This document shows, in pieces, positions 60,525-64,000 of a stretch of 64,000 nucleotides of DNA (position 1 is the first letter of the stretch; each line of letters starts with the position of its first letter). The notes under the pieces were generated by a model. It did not search any database. It was not told the origin of the DNA and saw only the letters and a list, made by a program, of their open reading frames with translations. The stretch is from Antedon mediterranea. Lineage: Eukaryota > Animalia > Echinodermata. The DNA lies in assembly GCF_964355755.1 (NCBI RefSeq), contig NC_092670.1, forward strand, positions 9,352,201 through 9,416,200, given 5' to 3'. The position numbers and the translations under genes are program-made.

Positions 60525-62545
60525 AAAAACTTGGTCTACAATTAGAAATGTACTTCATACTACTCCCAGCAAAAGCAACAATGTAAAACGTATTAATTTT
60601 AATGGTACCTTAACTAGCGCTCCAAAGATTATTGCTAATAGCTTCAATGACGTTTTTGTTGACATTGGACCCAAACTTGCCAGTAAAATTCCACATGATC
60701 GCAATATTAGTATTACTGACTATTTACCCAATTCCGTTGCGCAGTCTCTATTTATAAACCCAGTTGATGAAAATGAAATTCTCAAAATTATTTCCTCATT
60801 TGGCAACAACAAAGCTCCTGGTTTAGATGGATTTAATACTTTTGTTATTAAACAATCTGCATATTTTATTTCCAAACCCCTTTGTCATATCTTTAATTCT
60901 TCGATTTCATGCGGTATTTTTCCAGACAAATTAAAGCGCGCTATTGTAACTCCCGTCTTTAAATCAGCAACTACCGCCCTATTTCTATTCTCTCTATTTT
61001 TTCGAAATTATTTGAACGCATTATATATGATCGAACTTATTCCTTTCTTCAAAAGAATAATGTCCTCTTTCAGCATCAGTTTGGATTTAGAAAAGGCTAC
61101 TCCACCTCAATGGCACTTATTGAGCTGACTAACTATATTTTAGATGCTTTTGAAGAAAATAAATTATCCATGGGAATTTTGATTGATTTATCGAAAGCTT
61201 TTGACACCATTGACCACAACATCTTGTTATCTAGGCTTTCTCACTATGGCGTTAGAGGGATTGCACTTGATTTATTCAAGAGCTATCTTCTTGACCGCAC
61301 TCAGTGCACAAAATTCAATAATAATACATCGGATTTCCGATCCATCTCGTGTGGCGTTCCAAAAGGGTCATTGCTTGGCCCTCTATTATTCATAATTTAT
61401 ATTAATGATTTTTATAATTCCTCCATTCTCTCGTCTTTCTTATATGCTGATGACACCACTATTTTATATTCGCATAGTGACATTAATACACTATTTGATG
61501 TTGTTAACAACGAACTTAAGTCCGTTTTAAAATATTTTTCAGCTAATAAACTTTCGGTAAACTTTAAAAAATGCAGTGCTATTATTTTTCACAGTCCTAA
61601 CAAATCCTTCATTCTTGGAAATAACTTAATTTTGTTAAATAATATTAATATTCCGCTCACTGATAGCGTCCAGTTTCTTGGAGTTTTCCTTGACTCTAAA
61701 TTAACATGGAAATGTCATATTGATTCGGTTGCTTCGAAGGTTTAAAAAAATATAGGAATTATCTATAGGCTTTCTCATTATATCCCTTTAACAATTTTGC
61801 GTTTATTATATTGTTCTCTTATTTTGCCCTACCTAAATTATTGCAATATTGTTTGGGCTAATAATTACAAGACATCTATTGATAGACTTATTATTTTACA
61901 AAAAAGGCCATTAGGCTTATTACCCATTCGAATCGTCTTTCTCATACTTCCCCTATTTTTTCCGTACATAATTTTCTTAAATTAGCTGATATCAATCTTT
62001 CTCAACAAATGTCATTTATTTATGACTCTTTGACAGCTGATTCTCCTTCATCTCATCTTTTCAAATTTAATCACGAAGTTCATAATTATAATACTCGTAT
62101 TGCACAAGACCTACATTTGCCAAAACCAAGACTCACTGCCTTTAAACATTCAATCAGATATACTGGTCCCATGAATTGGAATAAAATTCCTTTTCAAATT
62201 AAACATTCGGCTACTAAATTTTTATTTAATAAAACATTCAAATCTTTCCTCATTTCTAAATATTAATGTTTTCCCCTGGTGATGTGTGTACGGGTGTGTC
62301 TGTGCATGTTCTGTTTGTTGATGTCTGTTTGTGTTGTGATTCGTGTCCTGTAAGTTTGTTCTGTACCTGTGTGTTTGTTGTTCTGTCTAACTTATTTATT
62401 ACTTCATTGTGTGGGCTTCCACATCACAGGCTTGCCTTTCGTGGATTGCCATCTTTTTTTCCACATGTTGCAGTTCTTTTTATATAAGGTATTATTTGAT
62501 GTTATCAATATATTAAAAAAATAAAATTATTTATTTATTTATATA
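60525..62545 (+). pseudogene. Decayed 5'-truncated L2/Crack-like LINE (RT with frameshifts and stops)
   Basis: KAPGLDG, DLSKAFDTIDH, GVPKGSLLGPLLF, YADDT and LYCSLILPYLNYC spread over several frames, followed by a 3' UTR and (TTTA)n tail. Confidence 0.9.
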
Positions 62546-62600
62546 TACTAGATGGCACGCTCGCTTCGCTCGCGTACCATCTAGGTCGTGCCCACAGATG
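62546..62600 (+). mobile_element. Possible Helitron/Helentron-type terminus
   Basis: tACTAGATGGcacgctcgcttcgctcgcgtaCCATCTAG hairpin with the cgcttcgctcgcg motif often seen at such ends. The other end was not identified. Confidence 0.35.
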
Positions 62601-63124
62601 GTTCTCGAATACACAGTATTTCCAGCGAGAAAAAAATGGAGATTTCAAATGTACGTACCGCAGGACTATAATACATTGTCGTTTACAGAAACGAATAAAT
62701 ATACACAATGATTTATGTAGTCAACCAAAATTAGCACCCTGGGAATTACTTCCGAGAGAGAAACAAAATGAGTCAAATTTTTTTATTTGGACTCATTTAA
62801 ACAAACCCAATTTGTGTTTTGTATGTAACATTAAGGGTTGAGGGATGGGGGAAGAAGATAGGTACAAAGAGGAAACATTTTAAAATATATTCTTATCCAC
62901 TCAGTAACGAAATATTGTTTTTAATGTTTTATAGGCCTATAAATAATATACCACTAAATACAGTAAAACATTTACGATTTAATACGGTACTTTGTTAAAA
63001 CTCTCACTGTCATAGTCGATTGAAATAGTAAAGTACATGTAACGATACACCACTACGACGTTTATATATTTTTAAATTATTAATTAATACAAACGTTGAG
63101 AAGCAACTGTCAGTAATAACGTTT

Positions 63125-63680
63125 ATTTATTTGTATATTATATGTTTATAATCTAACAGTAGGGCCTACCCACACTCACAGTAATAAAGTTTATTTGTAT
63201 ATATTTTTATATTACATCTAACAGTACCAACACTCACAGTAAGAAATTTGCGATTCAAATTGCGATCAAAAGTGGTTAATACCTTAACAGTATTGTACAG
63301 CATTGCAATACTATTTATGTTTATTCTCCAAGGGGGCCCATAAATCTAAATCTATACCTCTATGGTTAAACCAAATAATTTGGAATGTTTATTTGTATAT
63401 TATATGTTTATAATCTAACAGTAGGGCCTACCCACACTCACAGTAATAAAGTTTATTTGTATATATTTTTATATTACATCTAACAGTACCAACACTCACA
63501 GTAAGAAATTTGCGATTCAAATTGCGATCAAAAGTGGTTTTAACCATTAAAATACCTTAACAGTATTGTACAGCCAGGGAACTCCCTGGTACAGCATTGC
63601 AATACTATTTATGTTTATTCTCCAAGGGGGCCCATAAATCTAAATCTATACCTGTATGGTTAAACCAAATAATTTGGAAT
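63125..63680. repeat. Tandem duplication, two ~260-290-bp units
   Basis: atttgtatattatatgtttataatctaacagtagggcctacccacactc.. recurs at ~63129 and ~63391. Both units end ..ggttaaaccaaataatttggaatgtt. Confidence 0.85.
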
Positions 63681-64000
63681 GTTCCATTCATCACAAATCA
63701 ATACATTTGTAAAAACGTATATTAAATGTATCAAAATAGTATTTTTTAAAGAAAATCAGCCTGTCTTCAACATTATGATGCTGTACTCGAACTGTTCAAC
63801 CGGTTTTCAGCTATTAAAAACAATTATCGTAGGAGGAGATAGGAAAATGCGAAGCCTCCTCGCATTTTTGTGGCGGGTATTTTTCAAGATGGACATCCAT
63901 TAGACAGTGTATACCACGATCGGAAAACACCCCTATTTGGGGCAAATCGTTGAACCTAAATTCGTTTTAATCGTCAATAACTAATTATCTAACTTAATTT

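Overview
This is AT-rich animal genomic DNA with spliceosomal introns, Deu-type SINEs and abundant TAGGCCTA. It is probably a marine deuterostome invertebrate such as an echinoderm (inference). The left third is repeat-littered: MITEs, SINEs, LINE scraps, a Penelope-type minimal hammerhead ribozyme at 1427-1463, and a few candidate exons of an unidentified minus-strand gene. A 5-exon RBM48 gene follows (17707-23695, +). Directly downstream begins a palindromic 122/~189-bp satellite (~23950-60510). It is split by a 26-kb head-to-tail train of intron-containing DDE transposons (25778-52043). These have the hallmarks of the target-specific Dada superfamily: DSTK / YVDRD / DIWH / SLESFH motifs, GCGCAA at the junctions, a subterminal TCTTCTC(TG), and no TIRs. 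Copy 1 is 5'-truncated, copy 2 has a nonsense mutation, and the diverged copy 3 keeps an open 1065-codon spliced frame. The main novelty candidate is that each copy carries a consensus type-P1 twister self-cleaving ribozyme in the transposase 3' UTR, on the sense strand. The train also sits in a satellite that mimics the U6 snRNA target spacing, not in a U6 gene. The satellite holds a young 5'-truncated LINE (57468-60011) and ends at a decayed L2-like LINE (60525-62545). Family assignments come from motif recognition and recalled literature, not from database searches.
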